Source: Octopus vulgaris (Eukaryota). From it: a stretch of 124,000 nucleotides of DNA. Position numbers and translations under genes: made by a program. Shown here piece by piece: positions 86,444-101,571 of the stretch. The notes beneath the pieces are model-generated. The model was not told where the DNA came from and searched no databases. It saw only the letters and a list, made by a program, of their open reading frames with translations. Every line of letters starts with the position of its first letter. Positions within the stretch are counted from its first letter, which is position 1. The stretch covers positions 117,944,001 through 118,068,000 of the forward strand of contig OX597817.1 of the NCBI GenBank assembly GCA_951406725.2. Reading direction: 5' to 3'.

Positions 86444-87705
86444 TAGGGGTTGGACAAAATAATGGAAAAACCTAGCATCATAGCATCATAATTTTGAAAT
86501 ATCTATAAAAGCGTCAAAAGCGTGTTTATGTTTATGTTATTTTCTATTTATCATTATTGTTGCTTAGTATCATTTGCTAAAATTGCTCTTTCCTTTCAGA
86601 TATAAGAAAAAAGGTAGTTAAAATGAATTAACATGACAGATCTATTGGACTTTCAAAGACGTTACACTCAATAAACAGTCCTGGCACGCGCTAGCGGAAC
86701 AAAAAACAGCTGAAATGTTTGTTGTATCAAGAAGTACTGTCTTGAAAGTAATGACAGCCTTTGAGAAAGAGGGAAAAAAACCTCCTTGTCGAAACAAAAC
86801 TCCGGAAGAAAGCCAAAACTTTCAGATAGGCCCTGTTGGAATCCTCCACGAATTGTTAGAAAGTATCACAAATGTACAGCTCCCAAAATTTCTGCAGAGC
86901 TTAATGACCACCTCGAGAACCCAGTTTCAAATAAAATTGTTCGCCGGGAGCTGAACAAAGCCGGATTTCACAGGAGTGCTGCAATCAGAAAACCACTAGT
87001 TTCAACAAACATTACAAAGCGATTAGAGTGGAGCAAAAAACCTACAGATTTGGTCCTTCGATCAGGGGCAGAATGCTATTTTCTCAGAATATTCATCCTT
87101 TACTTTATTTCCGAAAACTGGCCGAGTATATGTGTGGAGACAGCCAAAATAAACATTTCACCCAGACTGCTTTGTTCCAACTGTTAAACATGGAGGAGGA
87201 TCTGTGATGATTGGGGTGGGGTATACCTTGGAAATCCGCAAGCCTTCGTGACATAATTAATATTCAAGACTATTTAAGTATTTTATCTGATCCAATTCAT
87301 CTAATGGTTGCGGAAATGTTTCCGGAATGAAACGCACTCTTTCAGGATGATACCCTACTAATTTAAACAGCTAAAGTTGTTACTGAATGGCACGAGGAAC
87401 ATTCTAGTGAAGTTGAGCATCTTATCTGGCCACCACAATCCCCAGATCTCAATATTATTGAACATTTATGGTGCATTTTAGAAAAACATGTATGAGGTCG
87501 ATAACATCCTCCATCATCACTACGAAAACTGGAGACTGTTTTAGCTGAAATATGGACACAAATTCCTTTGGAAACAATTCAAACATTCTAGGAGTCCATA
87601 CTGCGTAGAATTCAAGTTGTAATTACTACCAAAGGCGGTCCTACCTCTTACTAAAGTAAATTTGTTTGAAAGTTTAGTGCTTCCATTATTTTGTGTAAAC
87701 CCCTC
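86444..87705 (+). mobile_element. Full-length degraded Tc1-like transposon with both TIRs
   Basis: Left AGGGGTTGGACAAAATAATGGAA, right TTCCATTATTTTGTGTAAACCCCT; TA flanks; transposase fragments KQNSGRKPKLS..AAIRKPL, WPPQSPDLNIIEHLW; same family as 68537. Confidence 0.88.
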
Positions 87706-87937
87706 TATATATCCACGCAGAGGAACACATATTGAGCTTTAATTCAAAGCCAAATTAGCTTGCTCACTGTGGGGTGGTTATCTCCCCTGTCAGTAGATAG
87801 ACAATGAGTTTCTTGTGACTATAAGGGTTATTGACTCTTGTTTCTATCAATGTAGATGCTAACATGCACCCCCAGTGACAATAGAATTTTTCCTTATATA
87901 TTTGGTTTTATATTGCGTCTAGGTACCTTCGTTATGT

Positions 87938-88002
<65 letters not shown>

Positions 88003-88131
88003 ATACCTGTACACTTACTGTACACTCATACTTACACATGGTTTTATACGATAACAATTCAGTTGCGCACAATTAGAAAGTAACACACAACACAGGCAAG
88101 TAAATATATATATACAAACCATATATATATG

Positions 88132-88189
<58 letters not shown>

Positions 88190-88192
<3 letters not shown>

Positions 88193-88454
88193 CTTCCTAG
88201 GTGTAATCCCATGGTCAGCCATGACCCTGCCAGCACAAGTCCGGGTAAAGCTGTTTATGGAAGACCAACAGTCACCCATTCATACCGGCCTTCCCTCTCC
88301 ACACCACCAGTGTTATCCAAGGGAAAGGCAAAGGCCGATACAACTTGGCACTTGTGACGTTGCATCTCATTTATACTGCTGAGTGAACTGGAGCAACGTG
88401 AAACAAAGTGTCAATATCGTAAGCTCGATGCTCTAACCACCGAGCCATGCGCCT

Positions 88455-88455
<1 letters not shown>
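88190..88455 (-). mobile_element. Internally deleted tRNA-derived SINE (third family)
   Basis: Minus-strand head AAGGCGCATGGCTCGGTGGTTAGAGCATCGAGCTTACG; central ACACTTTGTTTCACGTTGCTCCAGTTCACTCAGCAGT-type domain. Confidence 0.55.
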
Positions 88456-88536
<81 letters not shown>

Positions 88537-88609
88537 TACATTTATATATATATGAGTGTATTTCATATATGCATATATATATACATATTTGTATCTACAT
88601 ATGTATATG

Positions 88610-88656
<47 letters not shown>

Positions 88657-88665
88657 ATATATATG

Positions 88666-88763
<98 letters not shown>

Positions 88764-89669
88764 TATATGTATATACGAGTGTGCGTATTTGCATCCATCT
88801 GCTTCACTAATGTATAGTTGTCGTCACTTAATGGCTGTATTTCTAATTGTTATATCACGTGATGTTGAAACTAAAGTAAGCAAGTTAAAATTACGAATTC
88901 TGAATACAATTGATGTTATCATACTAGCCCGGTGTTAATTTGAAAGTTTGAACTTGAAAGTAATAAAACTAGCGCATCGTTATTTCGTTCTCTCTAATTT
89001 AGCTGTATGGAATCAATGGAAGCCAGTCGTACAGATACAATTATATCTCCCATCACACAGTACGAGAGAAGCCTGTTCTGAGAATTTGTTGATTTCTAAC
89101 GAGTTTATACAGGCAATATTTCTCTCTCATAATGGGAAATACTAAAACGTACACGGAATTTTATAGAGTTTTCATGATTTCCTATTATACATTTACAGGA
89201 AGACTATGAAATTATAAAAACATGATTAGGCTTTATTTTTCCAATACGCATTTAAATGATTGTAATATAGCCGTGGCTTGGTGTTATTATTAGATTTAAC
89301 ATTACAGGGATGTGAGGACTTTATTGAATTAACATCCATCTAACAAGGACTTTTAACTTTGTCTGTTACAAAAAAAAAATAAAACTTCACTTTTGTATAT
89401 TTTCTCTGTAGTCGATCGAAGGCTCAAGACCTATCTATTTGTATAACTTGAAAATCTTTATCTGCTGACCTATGCTTTGTTAAACTAAATAAATGTTCTC
89501 TATATTTTCTCATTCTTATTATTCATATATATATATATAACGATTTAAATTAGTGAGTATGTATTTTATTTCACATGTATATATGAGTGTAGTTATACTT
89601 TTGCGTTGCCGGGTGTATGCTTGTAAGTATTTTTTTTATATATCCATATCTAGTTAGAGTTAAAAGTAA

Positions 89670-89712
<43 letters not shown>

Positions 89713-91038
89713 CACATATGAATGAATACTGAAACCTAGCAATAGTATAAATTTAGAAATGTTAAATTAAATTGAACCAATATATTACTGGCTATTCTTT
89801 GATTTAACTCTGAATGTGAAAAAGTAAATTCTGCTGACTCTGTATTTCCGTTTAGAACTGAAAACTTTAGCGTATATTACAGGTTCTTTAAATTGCATTC
89901 GACTTGCAATTCTCTAATAAAGGAACAATGATGAAGACAATAAACCGCATATGTATACTGAGTTAAGTTCTCGCAGCTACCTTTTCCAAGCATTTACTTC
90001 CATTTCGCTCCACAGGGCTGTCAATTTCACTTGCTCCGGTTTAATTCTGTAAGATCGCAAAGCTCCTTTTTATGATACGTCTCACTGGGTTACTTTCCAC
90101 GATAGTTAACACCCAAGTACCAATCTCAAGATCCTACATGTCCTCATTGAAGCAGTTTTTCATCATACTCTACCACAATTTATCCAGCAAATTTCTCAAA
90201 CCCGGTTGTTAATGCTCCCAGGTAAACTACAACTACTACTGAAATAACAGTTACTCTCTTCATCGACCACAGTCGTGCAATTTCATTTAGAAATTTGCAT
90301 TTTTCAATCTATTCCAATACTTTAGCCCCCACTCCTGCATTCTCATATATGGCAACATCTATGGTCTTATCTCCTACTTGAGTTTAGCACTACAGCAATG
90401 TCTGATGTCTGAGTATCAATCACTGAGTCACAATGAATAGTAAAATCACTTAAAATCATATACTCATTCTTGGTGACACCTTTTGATTCATATTCGTACC
90501 ATTTCTCTGCACATTCAAAAGCATACTTCTCACAGAATCTTCAGTGAAGTCACTTGGTTGCTATATCATGTATCGTTTCGTATCCCCCATGGGCTCACTC
90601 ATAATACGTAAGATTGTTTCGGCTGTGATGTCACACATCCTAAAAGCGGTGAGCCACTGTGATTAACTATATGGAACTTGGTGTAATTACTTCTCAGAGA
90701 CTGTTCCGGGGCGCTGCATATCAATGCCTCAGTGAATCCTTTCATATCCCTTTTCCTCAGCAATTTCCAATTATTCATCTTACTTTTACTTTCCCTTTCT
90801 CAGAGGCGTTGCGCACGCATCGCTTTCACTTTCCAATTGTTTAATGTGTTCTTCATCTTTGTTTCTTAAAATTACTTTCTGTGGGCCACATTTCCATTAG
90901 GTATCGTGTTGTTTCTAACAGTAGCGAACAAATGTTCAATTAACTGTATGATGTACCATCCCAAATGATGTTCTTCGCTGATAACACAAAACGTGCATCC
91001 TATGAAAACTCCTCCTTCTCCTTTGTATCTAGTTACAT

Positions 91039-92313
91039 AAAAGGGGGTACCCAAAAGTAACTGGAAACGTTTATCTGTGAGACAGGCCCTTTGTTGTACA
91101 GGCTTCCACCGCTAAAAGCCTATTGATAAAACCCTCAGGTATCAGTCTGCCAACTAGCGCCGTCAAGTGAATACCTAGTGCAACGTGGTGAGTCTTTGTT
91201 TGCTGTGCTCCTCCCCTGTTCACCAACTTATTTGCGGTTGCTGCAACAAAGTAACAGTTAGCTTCCGTGAAATTCTCTTTTATGCTGGGGAAAACGACGG
91301 CCGAAACAACTGCCATACTTCAAACAGCTTACAAGTGCGCTGCCATGAGCGAAACACAAGTTTACGAGTGGTTTTTACTCTTTAGGAATAAGCACTTGTG
91401 CTTGAAGATCAAACACGGTAAGGGTGACCATCGACCTCTCGAACGAATGAAAACATCATGAAAATTCACGAACTGATCTTAGAAGACCATCGCCAAACAA
91501 TTGACGAACTAGTTGATATTGTGTCCTGGAGATCCTGCCAACGAATTTTCAGGGAGGAATTGTAAATTAAAAAAGTTGCAGCAACATTTGCGCCGCGCTT
91601 GGTCAGGGAAGATCAAAAGTAGTTACAACCGAATGTGCGTCGTGAATTGAAAGAACAGGTGAAAGTTGATCTGATAATTTTTCAGAAAGTCATCACTGGT
91701 AACGAAATTTGGTGATACGGCTTCGACCCGAAAACAAAGCAGCAATCAAGTCAATGGAAGCATTCAATGTCAGCACGCTCCCTCCAAATCGCGTGAGGTG
91801 CTGATTTTATTCATTAATGTGACAGGAATTGTTCACACAGAATTTGTTCCTCCTGGTCAAACTGCTAAACTGGCATTTTACTTGGCAGTTCTGAAGAGTT
91901 CTGAAAACACTCCGACCTGTGGCAAAATAGAAAGTGGTAAATTCATCACGACAATGCTCCTGCGCACAACACTTTGGGACAATTTTTGCCAGAAATGGCA
92001 TGACCTCGCTTACCTACACTCCCTTTTCGCCCGATTATGCTCCCAAAGACTGATTTTTGTTCCCCCGAATTAAAAGGTCCTTAAAGGTAAACGTTTTGCC
92101 GATGTGAAAGATGTGAAGAAAAAAACCGACGGAGGCGTTAAAAGACATCACTTCGCAAAAGTTCCAGGAGTGCTTCGAACAGTGGAAAACGTATCTGAAC
92201 AAACGTTTTGCTTCAAATGGAGAATACTTTGAAGTCGATATAAATGTAAATATATAAAACTAAATGAATAAAATAATATTGCAAAATTCCAGTTTTTCTT
92301 TGGTTCCTCTTCG
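91039..92313 (+). mobile_element. Degraded mariner transposon with both TIRs
   Basis: Left GGGGGTACCCAAAAGTAACTGGAA, right TTCCAGTTTTTCTTTGGTTCCTCTTCG then TA; fragments VITGNEIW*YGFDPKTKQQSSQWK and HDNAPAH. Confidence 0.8.
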
Positions 92314-95300
92314 TACTGTCTATCGATATCACATTCGGGGTGCAGCACCTTGTTCACTGTCATCACTTGCCTGTTTTTTCTCTATACGTTTCCTCAAGTT
92401 CGGTCTTTGTCGGTCTAACAGCGCCTGCAACGTATCGTATTAAGGAGACCGCCCATTTATTCATTGCACTGTTTTTATTATTAACTTTGAGTCTACACGC
92501 TATAATTAATTTGGTTTTCTGAGGTATTCTCGACTTTAGCTTTCCTTCATCGCACTCACCTTGATTTCGTTATGCTCCAAAATACCCGACTGTGTTCATA
92601 CAAAATTGTTGTCACTTAGAATTCACAGACTCAGCTAATATCACAAAACCATTATTTATGGACACAGTGATATGCTAGCGCTTATACTCTATGAGTACAA
92701 ACTTAATTATTTCACTAAAGAGATGCTTAATATTTTCGTCTCCTTTTTCATAGATTCTGCTTTTGACCACTGTGCGTATTTTCACAATCTATGCCAGCAT
92801 CAGAACAATTCTAATGGCTTGTATCACAGTGACTACAATTCGTGTTCTTGATTCAGATTTCTCTCTGTCAGCAGCAATCAGCTTTCTTTACATATTGGAT
92901 TCATTGCATGAATTCTTCATTTTATTCCATATCCTAAATATTTGCCCTACCTTCCATCTAAGTTTGAATTCTACTGTGTGTGGATATGTTTTTCATATTT
93001 CTATCTGTCCATAGTATACTTTCTGCTCTACATAGAACATAGTTCTACAAACATAAAATTGTTAATGGAGTTATCTGTATTTAACAAGCATTTGTATTTT
93101 TCTCTCGAATTCCTCTAGTTCTATCTTAGTCTATTTTTGAAAAGGAGCCGTGGATCTTAATACTGGCGTGGTCCATATATTCATTACGTTGACAATATTC
93201 TCTCTGCTTTTCTCTTTTTTTTCGAAAGTCTTCCTACTGCTTCTTTTGATATCTTTGGAAATATTCTTTCTCGTATCTCCTTTCCATCACCCTATCATCA
93301 TGCAACATCCTAGTTATCTTCCTCGTTCATTATTTCACAGTGATCTATGACATTTTTTAATGCTGTAATTTTACACCATTAGAGTTTATCTTCACGCCTC
93401 TTTTCATACTTAATACAGCGCACTTATTTACCCACACTGTTTTCCAATATTCTTGTTGAATACTCTTACAGTTTAGATTAGAAAATTGAAATGCTTTTCA
93501 TTTTTTGTGTACATTTTCCGGTGATACATATTGAGACTTTTATTTTCACTGTTTCGACAAAATCTTAGGATGGCTTGGAATTTCACAATATGATTGTGTG
93601 AGCGACTAACATAAACTACAATGAAGTGAAGAATTTTTCATGGAATATAGACTTGCATACTTTCACTTTTCCTAACGATTCATTGCCTTATTTTCAAAAA
93701 ACACAAAAGCGGAAAAAGTTCTTATCTTATCATTGACCCCCAACGGGCGTCCTCAAGGACTGCCCCAACCCAAACTATGGAACATTATCACAAACTTTCT
93801 TCTACTCTATCATACAAAAACTCGTGTTCTCTCTTATTCATACTTTAATATCATGCTATCAATTTATAGCAATTACCAATGACTCAGAGATAATTTTCTA
93901 AATTTTTTCGCCGCCTAGTAAAAACCAGCTTCTCTAGAATCTAGCATGAAGGCAATTTAGTTATTTCCACATTTTATAAACCTATAATTATTGACATCAC
94001 CTCTGTTTTTTATCCTTCGGTATTAGCACTGATTTTCTTTTTGGCATTCCATTTTCTATGCAGTCAACAATCAAAAGGTCAGATATTGCAATGAGAAACT
94101 TTTGAGTCAGAATACCTGTACACCACCAGGTTCGAAGGCTTTCCCTTTTAGTATTTGTTTTAAACTATTTTGCATTTAAATTGACATTTTCCATAGCCCG
94201 TCTAATTCCATTTTATCTACATGTTGGTTCGTAATTAATTCCTGTGGAAACTAGAGCTCTTGAAGCGCATCTATTTCGAGCTAGACTAAAGGTATGTTGT
94301 GTTGATGTATGCAAATGACCTTTCCGTAAGAGCCCTATACACCAAAGAATAGGAGGTACTTAAGGACATTCTAATTAAAGTGGTGGCGATTGCAGAATTA
94401 AATGATATATTAGGACGTGTTGGTAATTGAAACAGAAAACCAAGCTATCGAACAGCTCATTGTTTGCTGAACAGAGAAAGTAGTTAAGGAGATCGGGGGT
94501 CAGTTTAGTTTGATAAGAAGTGATGCGAAGGAACAGAGAAGAAAGAATATCTGTTGGGCAGCATATGTAGCAATTTCAATGTTTATTGAAAATTTTAAAA
94601 TTTGGTATATTGACGTAATTTCCCACGCTGAATCGCATGAAACATTTAACTTTTTCCAGAAAATATTTCAAAACGTTAGAGGCTGAAAGTTTGATCATTT
94701 TTACTTACTACTTATTCAGGATTTGCAAGCTGCCATTTTGTGCGTGACAGTACATGTTGTCAAATGAAATATTGTCGGAATTCTACTGTACTCACGCACT
94801 ATAACCTTTCATAGCATGTTTTATTGTTTGGAATTTTCAGAAATGATTTGCGAATTTGTACTCTACACACACGAATTCATACGATTGTGCAAAATCAAAA
94901 ACAAAAATGGGATTCGTTACTTAGGGCCTATTTATCTGTTATTTTTAGCACGTCTCAGACCACCCTAATGAGTAGAATATATCTGTCGAACCATGTGCTT
95001 TCTCACAGATAAAAAACTTCTCATGCTTAGCTTGTTACTATGTAAATAGCCTTATATTTGGCTAAAATTACCCCAGCATTTGAAAGATTTAAACTCATTA
95101 TTTATTGATTTATGGCAAAAAGTAATTTTGTGCCAATGATCAGCGTACAAAACTATCATTATACCAAATATGAAATCAATTTGAACAAACATTGAAGAAA
95201 TTGAAAAGTGATAACCTAACAGAAAAGATCCCTGGGAACAAATTACGAAGAAGGTGGCCAGCTTCATTCAGAAAACGATTTAGAGAAATGTATTCATCCT

Positions 95301-97618
95301 AGGTTGAGAGGATCTACTCAATGATTATGTAACATCTATCATCTACTGCTGGCTAAAAAAACTTGCTTTACTCTTGGTCTGCTCTGAAAGTAATCGAGCG
95401 TTTTCACTGTCATTCCTTGTGTGTTTGTATGCGTGTGTGTGTGTGTGCATGTGTGCGCATGTGTATGTGTGCGTGTGTGTGTGTGAAATTAACACCATCC
95501 ACTGATTAGGCATTCCATCTACCGTAAAATAACCGTGTGTATGACTGAGTACGACATATGTGAAATTCTCTTTATACACAAAGTCTGCAAGTTCTCACGT
95601 TTCGGTGACGGAAAAAACATGTGGTACTCGTTCATGAGGTGTAGTTTCCTACATCAGGTCTCTTTGGCAGATCTGGATTATGTAAAAGTCAATCGTTTAT
95701 ATACTCAAGCATCAGCCTGATTTTATGAAATACGTTTTCCCGTTATGAGAGAGGGATAATGCTTGAATAATCTCAAGGTATGTTTCCACGGGTAAAAGAA
95801 TCTACAGACACTGCTATTTGGCAAATGGAGTGAGTGAAAGGTGCAAAGATCAGCCTGAGAGTAATGATGGAGCCGATATAGCAAGAGGAATTACTTCCTC
95901 TAAGCCCATTTCTGAGTGAGATTGTCCACCCTGATCGTAACCGTCTCACATTTCGCCCTGGAAGAAGACACAGGCATTCAATTCATATAACTAATTTTCA
96001 ATCAGTGCCAAACTGTCCCCTTTATCAAGTGCATCAGAAAAGATATATATGAATTTAGGACATGGTAATTAGACGTGCTATCCGAGATTAACTCATTTTA
96101 TATGATTAATAACTTTTATTGTCACAATAATGAGAGCAATCATATTAATTTAAAATGTCATTTAATACAAATCTATAAATATTTACCAATACTTATCAAA
96201 CTAGCGCAAGACAATATAATTAATAATCAATGTTTCCACAAGATGAAATAAGTATTTAAGAATCAGATTCAACGTGAAGTTTCCCCATAGGATTCTTCAA
96301 GTAATTAAGAAATGATATTACTTTTCAAATAAAGTAAATATAGTTATACAGTTCGTATAATGAATATATGTGTGTGTATTTCATGTAAGTTTGTATGTAT
96401 GCATGTATGTATGTATGTATGTATGTATGTATGTATGTATGTATGTATGTATGTATGTATGTATGTATGTATGTATGTATGAATGGCTGGGTGGGTGAGT
96501 TGATGGATAGAAGGATGTTTATATTTATAAATACTGTATCTTGTCTGTTAAGAGTAAAAATAGATTTCCTGTGGCTTCCTCTTATGTTTAGAGCTCCGCA
96601 AGTATTATATTTCACTCTGCTTCCAGTATCATGGTTAGACAATTACTATACTTTACAGTATTGTTTAGTTAAGATATCGAGAACAAATATAAGAAAAACC
96701 ACGGTAAAAATACGTGTATATTATTTATTCCTACATCTATTTCAATGTGTTGGCTGTTTGGATCCGTGCAGTGGATATTCCAACTGCAACTGGGTTTTTG
96801 ACCACCATGCATCAACAGGGAGCACTTTACATCATTGAATTTCTTACACCTTTTCTCTTTGGGCATTATATAAAGAAAGTATCAAAGTTTGAATTACAGT
96901 CAATTTATTTTATTAACAATGAGTGCAGAAGAAACCTGACATTATTCACAACAAATATAAAGAAATTTATCAATATTGCCATATTGCGTATAAAAGTGTA
97001 TGATAGTGTGAGAATGCATCGGCAATTCAAAAGTTTTACGTTCCATTCCATAATACAAAAACTAACATTATACGATCAATATACTTAACGTATTATGAAT
97101 TCGTCTGAAATAAACTCATGGCTTGTATTTAAGGAAAATTCAAACCATCAAACCAGAAAAAAAGGCGATGAAATATTTTTTAAACTAGAGAGTATTTTCT
97201 TAAAATGCTGCATTCCATCTTACTACGCTAAAGTACATCGCACACTAAGGTTCTTACTCGTCCGCTATGCCCTATATGATTGATAATAAATCCAAACACC
97301 AACAAAGAAACGAAATATTAAAGGAAAAAGACATGTGCAAATTGAAAAGGAATGCCTGTAAAATACTGAATGAGTTCCAATGTACCGCAATACCCAAACA
97401 TCTCAAATTTGTAGGAGAAATCTCAGCAGCGTTTGCAGAAGGAAGATTATGCAAATTGAATTAGTTTATTAAATCATTTCAGGAACTAATATATTGATTG
97501 TCCTCTTCCTCTTATAAAAGTTGTTTTTACTCAAAATATTATTATTAAATACAGTGATGCTTGTGCTATCTTTATAAAAAGCATACATTGTAAAGGCTTC
97601 CCCAGATATATAGATATA

Positions 97619-98648
97619 TTAGGTCGTCAAGTATGAAATTTGTAGAAAACGTAAAAGAGTTTCCTAATGTTTTATAAATACAATGAATTGTTTTATTCAT
97701 CAATGTATACATCCATATTGTCAATATTCTTTTCACATTTCAGCGCTAGCTAGCCCAGCCCGGAACTGTAAAAGCCTGGCAATCTATGGTCAATAAAATT
97801 TTAGAAGGCCTGTTTTACAGCATCGTCGGAATTAATGTTTTCCTATCGAAAAGTTATCCAAATTCTGGAAGAAGAGTAGTCAGTGGAGGTAAGATCAGGT
97901 GAGTTTGGTGGACGATGGAGAACTTCCAACTCCAATTCCTATAGTTTCGTTAATCTCATTTTTGCGATGTTGTCTAGGTTTGTCTTGCAATAAAATAGGA
98001 TTGGATCTGTTGACTAATCTAGGCTGTTTTTTTTCTGTAAGTTTCTGCATCATTTGCTCCAGTTGGCTACAGTATACGTTGGCCGTGATTGATAAGCCAG
98101 GTTTAAGGAAATGATAATGGATCACACCTGCGCCAGACTACCAAACACACCCCATCAGCTTCTTTTGATGAATTTTGCATTTTAGACTGTGTTTCGGTGG
98201 CTCGTCTTTCTCAAACCATTGTGCTGGACGTTTACCGTTGTTGTATTGGATCCATTTCTCATCACATGTTACAATTCGATTAAAAGATTATTCATTATTT
98301 GGCGATCTTTCGTTACAAGAACACACGACTGCTAGTGACAAACCACATGTGCTTATTAACATTTGTGAAGATGATCGTGAATCGGAAGAATTGATGTACG
98401 TGCGTGCGTGTGAGTGTGAATGTGAGTGTATGTGTGTGTTTGATAGGGTGGGTGAGGCAGAAAGTGTGGTGTGTAAGTGAAGTGCTTTTGTTACTATCGT
98501 TAAAAACGATAATTCACGGGCACTTTGAGATGGACTTGATTCGATGGTGGCTTTCAGTTCTTCATTATCCACCTTTGTTTCTGGTCGACCGCGTTTCTCA
98601 TTTGTAAGGTCGACGTTACCGGAACGATACTTTGCAAACCACTTTAAT
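97619..98648 (-). mobile_element. Degraded mariner transposon
   Basis: MDNEELKATIESSPSQSARELS; GVFGSL..IIHYHFLKPGLSITANVYCSQLEQM..RLVNRSNPILLQDKPRQH; DLTSTDY. Confidence 0.8.
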
Positions 98649-99812
98649 ACTGTCTGCTCTGCAATATCATTAGAATGAAATAGTCCATTAATATTCCGAG
98701 CTGTCTGCGATGCTGTATTTCCAAGAAAAATGTCATTTCAAACTGTACAAAATTTCCGACTTACCCATCTGTAAACACAAATAGCCAAAAAAAAACGATT
98801 TATAAATACTTTATAAAGCACAAAATGTGTTGCGAAAAAGAGATCGATGTGTCAGCTTTCTAACAAAAGATAAAGGTTGTCAAAATATAATAATGGTGCA
98901 AAATGAGCAGCCGTTAATGATTACCATATACCTTACTAAAATTTTCATACTTGATGACCTAATATATATATATACATACAGACACACAGACGCCCAAACA
99001 ATCATACAGTGTACACACATACACATTTAGTCATATATATATATATACACATACATAGATGCGTGCATACAGACACACATATATACATACACACACACGT
99101 ACTTATATATGTATATATATATATGTGTGTGTTTCTATACACCAGAGAGAGAGAGAGAATTGAGGTAGTAATGCATTCTGACCTTGCTAAGTATCAAGAC
99201 TAATTCCGTCAGATGTTGTCAATATATGAATATTTAATCAATGATTACCCTGTCATATCAAAAATTATTTCACCTATAGGAATATATATTGAAAACAGAG
99301 AAATATCATTATGAAAAAATAAGCTACTTCGACACTTCAGAAATTGTTTACTGCTGCGTCTCTAATTAAATACACCTGTGCAAAACTTTCAGACTGAGAG
99401 ATTCATCCTTGAGTTTGTTTACTGAAATATTCTATAAGTATATGCAGTACAACATTTCTATATAACTAATTTCTAATTAAAATATGGAATAGCCCAAAGC
99501 CTCGATATTGAATGTATTTATGAATAAAGATAGGATTAAAAAATTTTAATATTTGTGAAATATATTGGCTGGTTTAAGAATAATATATTTTTACAACAAA
99601 CGGTATTCTTAAATCAGTTCATGTTGATTTATATGAATATACTAAAATACGAATACCTAATTTAACCCATCATCTATACTCGTGCCTGTATGCGTGGCTC
99701 GCGTTTATTGGTGGATACGGGCATGCAATTTAGAGAAATTTAAAAAGATGTAGAATTTTATATACAAACATATACATAGATATGTGCGTGTGTGTGTGCC
99801 TGTGTGTGTGCT

Positions 99813-99863
<51 letters not shown>

Positions 99864-99929
99864 TTATATATATATATGACTGCCTAGCCATCTCTTTATA
99901 TATATATATATATGACTGCCTAGCCATCT

Positions 99930-99967
<38 letters not shown>

Positions 99968-99972
<5 letters not shown>

Positions 99973-100080
99973 AAGGAGCTTCTACCGGACTAGAACTATT
100001 TCATTCAAAAGAAATCATCAGGAAGCCTGATGATTTCTTTTGAATGAAACAGTTCTAGTCCGGTAGAAGATCATTCTATA
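99968..100080. repeat. Near-perfect 55-bp-arm hairpin; each arm carries CTGATGA...GAAA...GTC
   Basis: 3-nt spacer AAG at 100023-100025; plus arm CTGATGA(100027)-TTTCTTTTGAAT-GAAA-CAGTTCTAG-TC. Confidence 0.8.
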
Positions 100081-100196
100081 AAATAAATTAATTTACTCTG
100101 CTATGTATTGAGTACCTTATTTACTATGGTTAACCCCGACTCAACCCGGGACCTACATATATATATATATATAGATAGATTATAGATAGATAGATT

Positions 100197-100248
<52 letters not shown>

Positions 100249-100354
100249 GATAGATAGATGGATAAGCACACATACGTATACATACATCTATATATATATA
100301 CATATGTATGTATATATATATACATTTATATATTCACATGTATATATATTTATA

Positions 100355-101515
100355 CTAGCGGAAGGTGACCCGCTCTACGCGCGGGTAAGAGTGTGGTTGT
100401 TATTTTCTGTTGCTTCCTTTCAGCACGTAAAAAGCACCATCCGAACGTGGCCGATTGCAGCGCCGCCTCGACTGGCTTCTGTGCCGGTGGCACGTAAAAA
100501 GCACCAACCGATCGTTGCCGCTGCCAGCCCCCCTGGCACCTGTGCCGGCGGCACGAAAAAAGCATCCACTACACTCACAGAGTGGTTGGCGTTAGGAAGG
100601 GCATCCACCTGTAAAAAACACTGCCAGATCAGACTGGAGCCTGGTGCAGCCTCCTAGCTTCCCAGACCCCGGTCAAACTGTCCAACCCGTGCTAGCACAG
100701 AAAACGGACGTTAAACGATGATGATGATAATGATTCTCCCTCTTTGTTTCTCTCTCACTTTCCCACTCTCTTACTTTTCTTTTCTCTCGGACTCTCCCTC
100801 GCTTTCTCTTACTCTCTATCTTTATCTATCTGTCTCCCATTTATAAACAACAGAAGATCTTGAGTAAGTTGAGAAATAAAATATTTAGAAAGATCAATCA
100901 TAAATATCAGGCAGTGGCAACGGAAAGGTCTGCTTCAAGGCAGACAGCAAAACACTAACATTTAAAAGGGACAGACGAACTTGCGAGCTGAATAAAAGTA
101001 ATAAAATATTGGAAACCAAAGTTTGAATGGATAGAATCTGAGGATAGTAGAGTCACCACGGCTGGCATTTCTTAACGACGGACAGCAACGTATTGACAGT
101101 TCAACGGCTGGCGTAAAATTTTGAAATTGATGTAAAAGAAAATTCGTAAACACCAAGTTTTAAAGTGATTCTTTCTCACGACAGTAGACTCACCATGGCA
101201 ATCATTCAAAACTTCTTTATTATGGACGGCAACACATTGACGATTAAAAGGCTGGCGCAAATTTTTTAGCTTGATGTAACAGAGAATTCCTAAACACCCG
101301 CTCCTTGAAATTTGAATCCCCTTCTAGCCCCATTTAGACCCCTTTTCACATTTTGGTTAATATAACCCGATTTCATTCGGGTCTACTGAGGAATTTTGTC
101401 CTAGAGGTGACGCCTTTCTTTGAGGAAAAAAATAGTTGTCATGCAAACTTGCCAGCACTTTTAACATAGGTGTGCATATTTTCAGCTGAATCGACCGACT
101501 ACGTAATGCACACAT

Positions 101516-101520
<5 letters not shown>
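100355..101520 (-). mobile_element. Non-autonomous Helitron containing a SINE/RTE-type tail segment (5' end approximate)
   Basis: CTAG 100355-100358; hairpin ACCCGC/GCGGGT 100368-100386; right end resembles the GTGTG..AA.TTTCA..AATCG subterminal motif of the other Helitrons; ~130-bp internal duplication at ~101055-101300. Confidence 0.6.
100420..100732 (+). mobile_element. V-domain-like SINE/LINE 3' segment ending in (GAT)n
   Basis: Three GGCACG(T)AAAAAGCA(C)C repeats, GGCGTTAGGAAGGGCATCC, and CGGACGTTAAACGATGATGATGAT tail. Confidence 0.65.
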
Positions 101521-101571
<51 letters not shown>

